Source of the DNA: a virus
Taxonomy: Duplodnaviria; Caudoviricetes
Strand: one strand, 5' to 3'
DNA length: 64,000 bases
Virus record (IMG/VR): IMGVR_UViG_3300032328_000860
Span: 32,001 to 96,000 of that record
Positions 12,001 through 20,835 of the stretch are shown piece after piece. Numbering within the stretch: position 1 is the first letter of the stretch; each line of letters starts with the position of its first letter. Below the pieces are notes generated by a model. It saw only the letters and a program-made list of their open reading frames with translations, ran no database searches and was not told where the DNA came from. A program made the translations under genes and the position numbers.

Positions 12001-14162
12001 AGATATAATGGCGTAAATTCTGGACTGCTTACTATATTAGGCGGAGCTATCCATGTTTGTGTGTCTTTGTCAAAATATTTACCCTTACACTCTGCATTGT
12101 TTTGAATGTCTTGTCTACTACCTCTTTTATCTCCTCCATCAATTACATAGATTGTACGTTGTTTAACAAATGAGCCAAAAGGTGTAGTAATCTCACATTG
12201 AATAATAAATATACCTGTGTCGTAAACTATCATTTCTGGTTCTGCTAAGTCCGAGATATCTGTTACCGGGCCTATAGGATTAGGATTTTTAAATTTAGCT
12301 TTTGGACCACTGAGCTGCGACCATAAATATGTAATTTTAGGATCCAGATACCTTTCTGGTAAAAAATAGATTTCATCAATTCTAGTTTTAGGTTGATAAT
12401 TTACCGCAGACAATGGAATAGTGGCACTAATAAGTGGACTAGTTGCGCTAGGTGATTGATTATATGTCTGATAAGTATAAGTACTATCATTAGCTGGTAA
12501 TATTAACTCTTGATCATTATTTGTATAAAGGCTATTTATATAACCTCCAGAAGTCATTCTGGGTAAAAATTTAGTCTGATCTATTCCTGGAAATTCTGCT
12601 TTAACAGCATCATACAATGGAATAGTGCCTACCACAACTCCTGCTGTTAAAAGATTTATATCAGATTTATTATCCCCTATGTCGGTAGCTATTTTATTCG
12701 TATCAAATATTATTTCTTGATTATTAAAAACCGTAATATTTGTTGTGGTTTTGGGACATAGTGTTGTCATAACCTGTGTTACAACAAGACCAGTATTATC
12801 AATCTTTATTTCTGGTTTTTTGGATAAAATAGTGTTGGATGTTATCTCTAATACGGCTCCATATTTTTGCAACAATTTTGTAAATAATTGCTTTTTTGAT
12901 GTTACTAGATTATTATTAAAAGAATATGGAGATGGTTTAGTGTCTAAAAATAAACTTTTATTAATAGATAAATTAGTTGTAGAAGGAGTTTTTGTAATTG
13001 TTTGTAATGTGGAACTAATTTCTTTTGCATATTTTTTTAATAATTCTATTTCTGTACTAATATCTGTGTTAGTATTAGCTTCTTGTTCAGTAATGTAATC
13101 ATTAATCAAAAGTTTTATATCTATATAATCCATTGCATTAATAGCAAAATCAGAAATAAATGGACTGGTACTAAATAAGTGTGCTAATTTTTTAAAACAT
13201 CTAGATCGACTGAGTTTTAATTTTGGATTAATAGTACGTTTTTCGTCTAAAGTAAAGATTCTATATAATTGTGTATAATAATTATGTAAAGCGGCTGATA
13301 TATACGATTTTGATGGAATACCTATAGCACTTAATTTATCTTTTTCTGCTGTGTCCGTATAAAAACAGAACATATCACCATCAGGTATCCATAAATGCAC
13401 TTTATGTGGTCCTAGATTAATGTTCGCAGTATCTAACATAAACATAGGATTGGTTGTTCCAAAAGAAGTCACCGGAATTAATGCCGGGGCGGTGCCTCTA
13501 TGGTCTAATATTGCCATATCCGTAAATGAGCTAGGACGCTCTAATACGGGCATTAAAAAACTAGAATCTATTTTGATGAAAGATTGTCCTGGTCTACTAG
13601 AAGATGTTACTCGTGATCCGATTGGAATATCTTGATAATAAGCGGCTCCTCCTAATACTAAACTGGCTTGAATAGAATTAACCGCTGGTGGCGTCCCTTC
13701 TGTAGCATCACCAACTATTTTAACCCAAGCTAATATACCATAATATATTGCATTACTATTATTAGGCCTATTTAATACCCAATCAACAACCATATCTCCA
13801 TTAGTAGCAGACAAGGTTTTAAAAGAAGGTTTAAACTTATAAAAATTTTCTATACCCAAACGACCAGAGGTTAAAGAGGCGTTACTATTAGCAAAACTAC
13901 CGTCCGATGATAACACTTTATTATCTACATAAATATCATCAGTAACTAATATAGGCAGCCATGTATATTTGGGAGGGGTAGGATACTGAGCGGTAAATAA
14001 GGTATTTAAATTATCAAATTTAGTACTAATGGGTGATGAAGTGTTAGAAAAAGATATACTGGAAGCATCATCCGATATGGTATATGGAAGTAAATTTTCT
14101 AGTAATGATCCATTTAAAATAGAACAATTACTACTAGTATCTAATATTCTGTTATTAATCAT
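6075..14162 (-). CDS. Very large virion structural protein (tail tip/central fibre candidate), 2695 aa
   Basis: Last large gene of the tail module. PKD/Ig-like 'YLWSQLSGP' (~12140-12330), P-domain-like strands (~9615-10604) and one hydrophobic Gly/Ala helix (~9244-9340). Confidence 0.6.
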   Translation of the reverse strand: MINNRILDTSSNCSILNGSLLENLLPYTISDDASSISFSNTSSPISTKFDNLNTLFTAQYPTPPKYTWLPILVTDDIYVDNKVLSSDGSFANSNASLTSGRLGIENFYKFKPSFKTLSATNGDMVVDWVLNRPNNSNAIYYGILAWVKIVGDATEGTPPAVNSIQASLVLGGAAYYQDIPIGSRVTSSSRPGQSFIKIDSSFLMPVLERPSSFTDMAILDHRGTAPALIPVTSFGTTNPMFMLDTANINLGPHKVHLWIPDGDMFCFYTDTAEKDKLSAIGIPSKSYISAALHNYYTQLYRIFTLDEKRTINPKLKLSRSRCFKKLAHLFSTSPFISDFAINAMDYIDIKLLINDYITEQEANTNTDISTEIELLKKYAKEISSTLQTITKTPSTTNLSINKSLFLDTKPSPYSFNNNLVTSKKQLFTKLLQKYGAVLEITSNTILSKKPEIKIDNTGLVVTQVMTTLCPKTTTNITVFNNQEIIFDTNKIATDIGDNKSDINLLTAGVVVGTIPLYDAVKAEFPGIDQTKFLPRMTSGGYINSLYTNNDQELILPANDSTYTYQTYNQSPSATSPLISATIPLSAVNYQPKTRIDEIYFLPERYLDPKITYLWSQLSGPKAKFKNPNPIGPVTDISDLAEPEMIVYDTGIFIIQCEITTPFGSFVKQRTIYVIDGGDKRGSRQDIQNNAECKGKYFDKDTQTWIAPPNIVSSPEFTPLYLNADNIRVHCPTFDRFAISNIGGVFWPINTNMLVKEFMGTSAVGRFSVPQQEVTNFNANYKFNIKSNKIYADDTNFALVYKPNNTIIKIHSIILEKIRSDRPECANCLSLYDPSIVARKASIVTGAGTNETGANRQNVLRYTRYNKSPEGFALYKYSYDTVLQKFKEEDTSQFTFPSISTDFAPPIKTYGGYDSNFLNQYSIPVLPGLELPTDTPVAYGGQIVSQQFKLLPDITGHNLSYLNTSIGLPSDNKSTHKMCYQKALPVTNGGVLTFTKGVFHPISGWLGHNGIGYSIHANRSSILKFNPGARDSFSFMGPKLQRLSSGGISVGDNSASTFIRPKEFSSSIVLAISKGVQWDAGCRTAGEPSFSPGEIYNNNQLNKEYADIDANTRSNHGYRYLSAGQPKGIERTATSNQPIVNDEFQAEQREGSYTYSFAVTGPYSLPENVLGPNGEKIIRIPRVNNFAIKNVEVKLNFLNYVNTKNLIVRLDILPAPKIIEDRGTPAEETATTNNEQRNPIRAGSFNFIDSSVPPLTTTHANINSGGTKQQYNNSGPITQGIAISGLSDYIQATIDTHGGSGLGDVWKSPADCIILLNQEHIQNNKYNFSIKFSDNASKYNVLYDHNIQQCPAPSSIIINDVQNPILVAMSGSGLSNISTAFPTSLFLSKQKIVSSSDEVNPSNAAVGYSDREACLYTAMMKHNKININNNSLSKLAADTLFQGEEPPSTLNKTQLGRGLTGSTEFKLTIVVLDEEDNMSVQDNIANSQYLTGLENAENTQKSSDIFNSLCSWELILHVGDTEKPIPYSNPSLESYGNCDVLSLIEYGKDPSYPGNTYIADLTNHKALLPLANINAPRTLIADSSFCYNGNPDTLDQGLMLQSPPFPTYAIVNILASLAIGAGMMAGFGLAGLGVALATAINSPGYQILFNYLQELSFVQNMQDAGRQIYFPSYTKYPFGSPEKVLINFRKPQDLWHSLEATIFKYSNLPVLKPNRYNFIRVCRNFCDNISTFKFSVISDINYFVDSKLYKHIQVTCSNASTQQTALAGAPVVVSDVLCQEGDIVYVSFVPPSTSTTAPNNNQSCTQNTGTYIVQKGPWIRIKDKPILPPNATEQEIINNNNRWRTENNYGDLIHALPLSLMHSHIRYGNNFFSNNLYGDMLDGKVIAIDSRIPYDIFSIGDTIELYTDSNKREPDDSREILKVSIANKALIYRNNKLFSVLILSASVGTNDRLSPSLSNKVFFVYKNNPTSAEGSVALYNSWGLDKNGNYGNNLSSYDIISPAHSTGSYGDISPFISKNFLYNNIAFNKLKNIYEIFNNHLNDKIKYNSIKFWTYNDKLELVPASVSTGGVHGFAYSADVLQNNMFDSDANLVVANSANTKYRGGQPTSLESETMHQLREQLRFSASNTNEHTQDFMYIKLPSFDDSSLDGLYGVLEVENDYVEHIPVKPLSTTDFNNLKNRIIAIDNDTYDAALDSKAGDETLTSEIINSNKIKYIALHLDKISKKIKDKGDCHTRNPSNVNECYILRTTRALEKLYKERHDILTALGTQTISSATVTYIDPETQQNRTATGEIIYENTYNITVKPTNIGSDPVRIVKDRNTVITRDYIATHTLPINHPKYDNPDILPKLELLVTQDNNNYLIDYKKINQDHYMINIDPSQGCICDFASNPKILVSTEYSCVEALPLFKGPPIDNNICPKFADNDTIGDSGVEKFEGDISKHKYIIPQLEIDRQKTKFQQDFGSSIKDWKTIIVERWFNINGDEIISGIPNDELTVHSIETYLVPVPYYEMPEPTLLGNDQSADVNYAPGYGKCFTDTGSSPGKGLVSTTEDVGDRLGKPTRVGNLLNLTNTNNIEVMFKRIPRQLRGCDLLSTVYRYGSRSGYRTNSSASPLIPLEIDSVGQFGSMNNNLYYWVSLQKTANNNLEYAEIPDFFKLQNEMIFRSFYGSVDKIETKGKFMSSYFPWELIPYEYGTK

Positions 14163-14173
14163 AACTACTATAA

Positions 14174-17100
14174 TTATTCCTTAATAGCCGTTAATGTCCA
14201 TTTGCCATTAATAAAAGTAAACATTGCATTCTTATCAGAGGCTACGGTAAATCCTACTGGATTATCAAAATTAACAGTTAATACTGGAGCATTTATAGAT
14301 CTGCGTCCTTGAATATATTCCAAAGTTAAACGAGCTTGATTCGCTGATGATGTTATTCCTTTAGCAATCATAACCGGCTTTGTGAGTGGCTCATAAAATC
14401 CTGTAGACTTATTATATCTACATAATAGTTTGGTTCCCATAGGAGCGCAATATCCGCACTTATCTTTTACATAAACTAACCTACGATATCCTGCTTGTAA
14501 CGGCTGCTTACTAAACTCCATATCGTCTATAAAAGCTCTAGTGGCATATGTTTCATCATAATCTGGTTGTTTAACTAAATCTTCTTCTAATGTTACATAA
14601 ATATCTCTATAAGGACATTTACTTTCTCTTTTATAGTTTAAAAATTCGTCAATAGTATCTATATCATTAGTATTAGTTACTACAAACGGAGGATTTTCTT
14701 CTCCACAACCTTGTCCGGCCGTCCATAATTTTCTATCATCATCCCACGTTAAATCTATAGGACCAACTCGCCACAAATCTGGGCGTTCTGCCCAATTAAG
14801 ATAAAATTCTTTTAGTCTATATTTTTGTGTCCATCTATTATTAAGAAATTTTTGTGTTTTACTAATAATACTACCCTTATACCCTGAAGTATAATCCAGT
14901 GTAGTTGGTAAGGCGGTCGTAGTATTTTCTGGTTCAAATCCACCATCAACAGCCAAATCGTCTTCTAAAAATATCGGAATTACCATAGTATCGTTAATTT
15001 GTTGTCTGTTAAGATTGGCCCAAGCAGCTCCCGGTAAGTTTTGGTTATTTAAGCTCTTAGAAAAAATAGTAGTTTGTCCTGATATTTCAAACATATCTCC
15101 AACTGACAACATCTTATATTTTACTGCTGCTTTTCTTACAATCTTTAGCTTAAATCTTTTAGGTCTACCAAATACGTCTATAGCATATGGTTCATCCGCA
15201 GCATTAGGAATAGGATATCCATCAGTATCATAGCCCCAAGAATGTAGTACTAGCGGCCCTCTTAAACCAAAAAATCTTTGATTATTTTCATGTAAAACCC
15301 TATTAGTGGCTGGAGACAATTTACTCATTTTGAAAAATAATTGAGCGTCATATCTACTATAATCTAGATTCCTAGGCTCCAATTCAGCGGGATGTGTAGT
15401 ATATGCTGTTAAATTACGACTGGTTTCTAATGCATATTTAGATTGATTAGGAGGAACAGATCCTCTAGCAACAATTTCTATACAGTGTCTCATACGATCT
15501 CTAAAGTGTCTAGTTTGGCCGCCATAACCAGTAGATGCCGAAGAAATATCCTCATGTACTCCTTCTGGATGAGCGCCACTATAATTTTGTGTGTTTACAT
15601 TTTTAAATTCTCCGTCTGGCACCACAATAGGGTTTAAAGTAATTAGATTAATAGGAATTTCTTTATTATTCTTAATTCTAGAATTTAATTTTTCTCCAGG
15701 AGCGCCACACTTATCGCAGACAATTAAAACCACACCATTATTTGCTACTGTTTTAGTGCCAGTCTTATCATATTGGACAACTTTTATTTTTCTAACTTTA
15801 GTTCCAAAACAAAACGGACAATTTTGTGTCATATGAACAGAATATGAAAATGTTGCATTTTTATATGTTGGATAAAATGAAATAGGAGACAATAAACCAT
15901 CTAAACTCATAGCAGATTGAGTTCCATAATCTTTGTCTAATTGTGAACCAACTTCTTTTCTTTCATATAATTGTACTGTGGCAGTAACTCTGCCAGTATT
16001 TTTTAAAGTAGTAGGAGAAGTATTGGTAGTCAAATAATTGTTATTATTTCTAACCAACTCATTATCACCCTGATCGGTACTTGTGGTAGGAATAGACCAT
16101 TGAGTAGGAGCTTGAATTCTAGTTTGAAATGGTACTGTGGTAGAATTTAAAGAAAAATCTTCTACATATGCTGGTGTTCTAGATGGCTCAGAAATATATG
16201 GTGAAGCTTGTCCTATCAGCACCATACTAGGACTCCATCCAAATAATTTGGAAGACAAATCTTCGCTACCAAACTGAGACTTATCTAATCTTTCATCGTC
16301 TTGTGTCTTTTTTTGATTTCTTATAACATTCTTTAATTCTTGACCAATACCAACCATTTGCTTGTTTCGTTTAAGATTGGCTAAATTTATTTTTTTGATT
16401 CTATCATTTTCTTCTTTATTAAATAGTCCTATTTTACGAGTATAGGTTCTAAAGCTATATGATGTTGATATTCCTTGCTGACCAATAGAACACTGGATGT
16501 TACTAATCATCGGCCCACCACTAGGCTTAACATTCGCCTTTAAATCTAAAACAGTATAAGCTTGTATATAGGTGGCAGTTGGAGGAGGGCCAACAGCAAC
16601 AACAGCTCCAGGAATATAAGACAAATCTGGAAAAGTTTCTGTAATTCTTTTAGCATCAACATATATTAGATTACCAGTATTGACAACATAGTCATAATTA
16701 ATACCGCCAAAAGAAAAAATTCCACCCAAATCAAATAGCGGCAAACCAGGCATATCTAATTGAGCAGTTTCTATAACAGACTGATAGTTAATCCTAGACT
16801 CTATCTCCTTGTATGCTGCAATATCTAAACTATTCATGCCTCCATAATTCCATGGAACAAAATCATCTCTAACTTCAATATCTATAGAGGTAATTAAGTT
16901 TTCTATAGCTTTCCTGGCTTCGTCAACATTGGGCTGATATACAGAAACGTTTGTGCAAACTGGTGGTATTGTGTCTGTTTGACTTACTGTAATCCCGGTT
17001 GGATAAATATCGAATTTTTCAACATCAGGATAATTAATCCATGGTCCGTATACAAATTTATTAGATTTAATAGGAATACCAGCGAAAAATGGATGTGCTG

Positions 17101-20100
17101 CTTTAGGCGCTAACTCAACATTATTTGCGGAACTATTAGAAGATACCGTATATAATCCTAAATAATGAGGATTATTCTGATCATCATAAGAAGCAGGAGT
17201 AATATAGTTTAACATATATCTAATCCAATCCCAGTCTAAACTGCTGGTGGTTTTTAAATATACTATCAGATCTTCCGCGGCTAAATTTGACAGAACTGTG
17301 CGATTAGGATCTTTTGCATTCTCTGTGCTAGACACATTAAGAGTAAGACCAGGAGCATCTATTAAAATTCTTGCTCCTAATAATTTACCCGGATCCAAGA
17401 AAACATATCCTTCTTCTACAGAGGTTGACGTGTATAACTTAGATCGTGGCATTGGCATAGGAATAGTCCCAGTAGGATCAACAATCTCAACATTCCAAGC
17501 GTCATAAGACTTAACATTGTTACTAAGAGATAAGTTTCGTAATGTCGTATGAGGAGAAGTAACACCATTGCTAGAACGCAGTCCTCCAACAAAACTACTA
17601 TTCGTACTTAAGGATGGCGGTGGTCCAGAATGTTTTTGGTCTACTATAACATAATCTGTTGGATTCAAGCCAGTAAAATCTAATGATGGAAATACAAAGG
17701 ATTTAGTACAATCGGTTCGTTTACTTTCTGTTAAAGCTAACCAAGCGCTATAGCTAAAATAAGGATTACCTCCATCTTTAGCAAAATCCGCTATAAAATT
17801 AGTGTTTTTACTAGCTTCACATTTTGCCTGTCTAATATAGTCGAAATAATAATTGTTATTATAGCCTAATAATGGCTTAATCTTGCCTTGATCATCAGAT
17901 AAATTATACCATTCTGAACTACCCACCACAATTCCGTCGTCTATAATATTACCATATTCTTCCCAAGCACCATCATTTGTTGGTTCATAGTTATATGTGA
18001 TTTTGCCGTCACCAGAAAAGGCATATCCATAACCAATATTGGTTGGAAATGCTATATTCGCTATACTTTCGTCTCTAAAACACTGTAATGCATTACCAGG
18101 ATGAACCATGTATTTTTTTCCATAAAATTTACCTACCTCGGCAATAAATCTATGAATAATTTTTAAATCTTGTAAAGCTTTTTCTTGAATATATTGACTA
18201 CCATCGTTTTTATCGGGAGATACAACAGTAGGATACAGACTGTCTCCCGCAATATTTGATCCTAATAATTTCCAATACCAGTCTGTTTGATCAGATGCTT
18301 CTTTTGTAGCATCATTATTGTTGAGTCCGAGTTCGCTCATTAATTTGTTTTTAGTCTCAACAAAATATGCTCTTCTAACCATTTCTATAAGGTCTGGCTT
18401 ATAAGTTTTGGCCAAAGAATATACTAGAAAATTATCAAATCCGGCTAATGCTGCTCGAATTTCAGATTCTGTTAGTACAAAATATTCTATAGGAGGAACA
18501 GGACCAGTATTAATAGCTCCTAAAGAATTAAAGGCAGTATCAGCAACAGGAGCGGTTGGCTGATAAGTATATGGTAAAGGAAACTTAGGAAAAAATTTGC
18601 CTATTTCATTTCCCGTAGTAGGATCCTCAGATCCTAAGAATGCTCGTGTAAGACTAACCGACATTACTGGTAATTCGCTAACTCTAATTACTACTGCTAA
18701 CTGACCCGTCCACGTATCAAAAAATACTGGACGTATCTCTCTGGTCGATGTTGTACTATCCGTTGATCCGGCACTAGTTTTAAAAGCAACATCATTATCA
18801 TGAACATAACCAAAAAATGGACATATTAGATCTAAATGAATAGGAAACCATCGTGCGTTGCCTGCTCCTGCAGTACCAAATCTGTCTGTATGATTAGTTT
18901 TTGTAGCCGGATCGTAATTGCCATAATGAATATCTATGCCATCATTTAGTTCTGGTGTAGTTGTCCATACAGCATCATTAGTATCCCATTGTTTTGATAC
19001 CACTTTTTGTATTTCGTATTCATCTTTAATAATTTGTACAAAAGCTGTTTCTAATTGATTGGATGTTCCTATAGCGTCTGCTAGAGCTGGATTCCTAGTG
19101 CTGTTAAAATTAGGAAATCGTATTTTACCATGGCCGTAATTTTGAGTTAAGGAAAGCCTAGGCATGGTATTGTATAGAGATGGTCCGTCCTTTAAAGAAA
19201 AATAGTTAATGAATTTTTTATTTTTAGGATCAAACACGAAACTACTTTGAGTGTACGCTAGTCTATAACTTTGAATCTGTAATAATCGTTGTTGTGATCC
19301 TCCTATAATCATAGCTCGCGCAGGAGTATCATTTTTTTCTTTGCCAGAAGTATTAGAGGATACCGGATAACCACTACACTGTAATAATTTAATAGTATTA
19401 TCTATAGTATTACTTCTTGGTTGTTGTAGCCTACTAACGGCTCGTACTTTTATAACATGATATAATTGTCTTAACCAGATTGTTGGAACCATATCTATTG
19501 TTATATCATGACCGGTCTGTTCTGCTACTAAATTAATTAGATCCATCACACTAATAATAGGTCCCTGAACTCGTATATCGTTTGGAATTTTATATGTTTG
19601 ACGAGAATCATCAGTATAGATCAAATCTGCCAAATCCAAAACAAATTGACATCTAGTAGTTGGTGCTCCAGGAGTCACAAAATGATTAAAAACTTGAGGA
19701 TTGATAACTCCAAATTCATTAAAAGCTGGAGTAATGGGCGCAAATAGATTATTAGCGGATCCTCCTTGTCTAGTAGTATGATAATCTTCTCTCTGCATAC
19801 ACTTTGATATTATTCTACCAAAAGGAGAAAATGCCTTTTTAAGAGCCTCAATGCCAGCGGCATTAAAATCGGTGTCTAATTTATTGATGCTGGTATGTGT
19901 GGTAGATGTTAAAGCTATCAAACCTTCTACAATTTTATTGACGCTAACTCCATTATCACTCGGTTTTGCTACACCAAATCCGTCTACTCCAAAAGACTCT
20001 AAAAATCCATAAACATTAAATACATTAGGTAACACACCGCGAGATAATTCTCTTAGATTATACTCAGCTCCTGCTTTAAGTAGATAATTTTTTGGAGAAC

Positions 20101-20833
20101 CATAAAAATTCGTTGCTTGGCTACTTGTAGATTTACTAAAAATAGAACCGCCGTATTTGTCTACTATAACATAGCACGAATTTAAAATAGATTGAGCACT
20201 ATTAACTATAACGCTATAGCTTTTACCTCCAGTAGATACTGTACGATTCCAAGATTGTACAAAGCCTCCAAATGAGAAATTGCCCATTTTAAAGTATACT
20301 GGAGTATCTATAATATCATAAGCATAATCAGGATGAGCATCTTGGTTAGAGCTATTATAAGTACCATCTTCTTTCATACGAGTTTTTCTACCAAAAAATC
20401 CAGGGTCTGGTCCTGTCCAATATCTAGATACCAATCCCATCATTGGATCTAGTGCATAGTATACTTTGCCTGGCAGAATACGGTTTTCTAGACCATGTAT
20501 GCTACTGTTAAACATAACGCTATCTGGTTTATTAATATAGCAATTGTCTCCGACACAAGTGTTATAATGGTTATCGGTATAAGTAAGTAAACGAGGATCA
20601 GAGACAGGTCTAGATGTTAGATACTGATCATACATACCAGATCCTGCAGAAAGAGAAGATGGATTTTGGTTTTTACCACATCCATAAGCAAAGTCATCTT
20701 CTACAAGATTAACTGTTAACTGAGACGGCTGATTACCCCAGCCTAAGCTAGTATTAAAACTAGAAACACTAGCTCCTAAAAATAATGTTTGAGCTATTAA
20801 TTTTGGTTCGTTTGAGCACGGTTGAGTTGGCAT
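14174..20833 (-). CDS. Large tail tip/baseplate hub-like protein, 2219 aa
   Basis: Position after a distal-tail-like gene; beta-rich N-terminus 'FLGASVSSFNTSLGWGNQPSQLTVNLVED'; CPFC...CDKC at 15707-15820. Confidence 0.55.
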   Translation of the reverse strand: MPTQPCSNEPKLIAQTLFLGASVSSFNTSLGWGNQPSQLTVNLVEDDFAYGCGKNQNPSSLSAGSGMYDQYLTSRPVSDPRLLTYTDNHYNTCVGDNCYINKPDSVMFNSSIHGLENRILPGKVYYALDPMMGLVSRYWTGPDPGFFGRKTRMKEDGTYNSSNQDAHPDYAYDIIDTPVYFKMGNFSFGGFVQSWNRTVSTGGKSYSVIVNSAQSILNSCYVIVDKYGGSIFSKSTSSQATNFYGSPKNYLLKAGAEYNLRELSRGVLPNVFNVYGFLESFGVDGFGVAKPSDNGVSVNKIVEGLIALTSTTHTSINKLDTDFNAAGIEALKKAFSPFGRIISKCMQREDYHTTRQGGSANNLFAPITPAFNEFGVINPQVFNHFVTPGAPTTRCQFVLDLADLIYTDDSRQTYKIPNDIRVQGPIISVMDLINLVAEQTGHDITIDMVPTIWLRQLYHVIKVRAVSRLQQPRSNTIDNTIKLLQCSGYPVSSNTSGKEKNDTPARAMIIGGSQQRLLQIQSYRLAYTQSSFVFDPKNKKFINYFSLKDGPSLYNTMPRLSLTQNYGHGKIRFPNFNSTRNPALADAIGTSNQLETAFVQIIKDEYEIQKVVSKQWDTNDAVWTTTPELNDGIDIHYGNYDPATKTNHTDRFGTAGAGNARWFPIHLDLICPFFGYVHDNDVAFKTSAGSTDSTTSTREIRPVFFDTWTGQLAVVIRVSELPVMSVSLTRAFLGSEDPTTGNEIGKFFPKFPLPYTYQPTAPVADTAFNSLGAINTGPVPPIEYFVLTESEIRAALAGFDNFLVYSLAKTYKPDLIEMVRRAYFVETKNKLMSELGLNNNDATKEASDQTDWYWKLLGSNIAGDSLYPTVVSPDKNDGSQYIQEKALQDLKIIHRFIAEVGKFYGKKYMVHPGNALQCFRDESIANIAFPTNIGYGYAFSGDGKITYNYEPTNDGAWEEYGNIIDDGIVVGSSEWYNLSDDQGKIKPLLGYNNNYYFDYIRQAKCEASKNTNFIADFAKDGGNPYFSYSAWLALTESKRTDCTKSFVFPSLDFTGLNPTDYVIVDQKHSGPPPSLSTNSSFVGGLRSSNGVTSPHTTLRNLSLSNNVKSYDAWNVEIVDPTGTIPMPMPRSKLYTSTSVEEGYVFLDPGKLLGARILIDAPGLTLNVSSTENAKDPNRTVLSNLAAEDLIVYLKTTSSLDWDWIRYMLNYITPASYDDQNNPHYLGLYTVSSNSSANNVELAPKAAHPFFAGIPIKSNKFVYGPWINYPDVEKFDIYPTGITVSQTDTIPPVCTNVSVYQPNVDEARKAIENLITSIDIEVRDDFVPWNYGGMNSLDIAAYKEIESRINYQSVIETAQLDMPGLPLFDLGGIFSFGGINYDYVVNTGNLIYVDAKRITETFPDLSYIPGAVVAVGPPPTATYIQAYTVLDLKANVKPSGGPMISNIQCSIGQQGISTSYSFRTYTRKIGLFNKEENDRIKKINLANLKRNKQMVGIGQELKNVIRNQKKTQDDERLDKSQFGSEDLSSKLFGWSPSMVLIGQASPYISEPSRTPAYVEDFSLNSTTVPFQTRIQAPTQWSIPTTSTDQGDNELVRNNNNYLTTNTSPTTLKNTGRVTATVQLYERKEVGSQLDKDYGTQSAMSLDGLLSPISFYPTYKNATFSYSVHMTQNCPFCFGTKVRKIKVVQYDKTGTKTVANNGVVLIVCDKCGAPGEKLNSRIKNNKEIPINLITLNPIVVPDGEFKNVNTQNYSGAHPEGVHEDISSASTGYGGQTRHFRDRMRHCIEIVARGSVPPNQSKYALETSRNLTAYTTHPAELEPRNLDYSRYDAQLFFKMSKLSPATNRVLHENNQRFFGLRGPLVLHSWGYDTDGYPIPNAADEPYAIDVFGRPKRFKLKIVRKAAVKYKMLSVGDMFEISGQTTIFSKSLNNQNLPGAAWANLNRQQINDTMVIPIFLEDDLAVDGGFEPENTTTALPTTLDYTSGYKGSIISKTQKFLNNRWTQKYRLKEFYLNWAERPDLWRVGPIDLTWDDDRKLWTAGQGCGEENPPFVVTNTNDIDTIDEFLNYKRESKCPYRDIYVTLEEDLVKQPDYDETYATRAFIDDMEFSKQPLQAGYRRLVYVKDKCGYCAPMGTKLLCRYNKSTGFYEPLTKPVMIAKGITSSANQARLTLEYIQGRRSINAPVLTVNFDNPVGFTVASDKNAMFTFINGKWTLTAIKE

Positions 20834-20835
20834 TT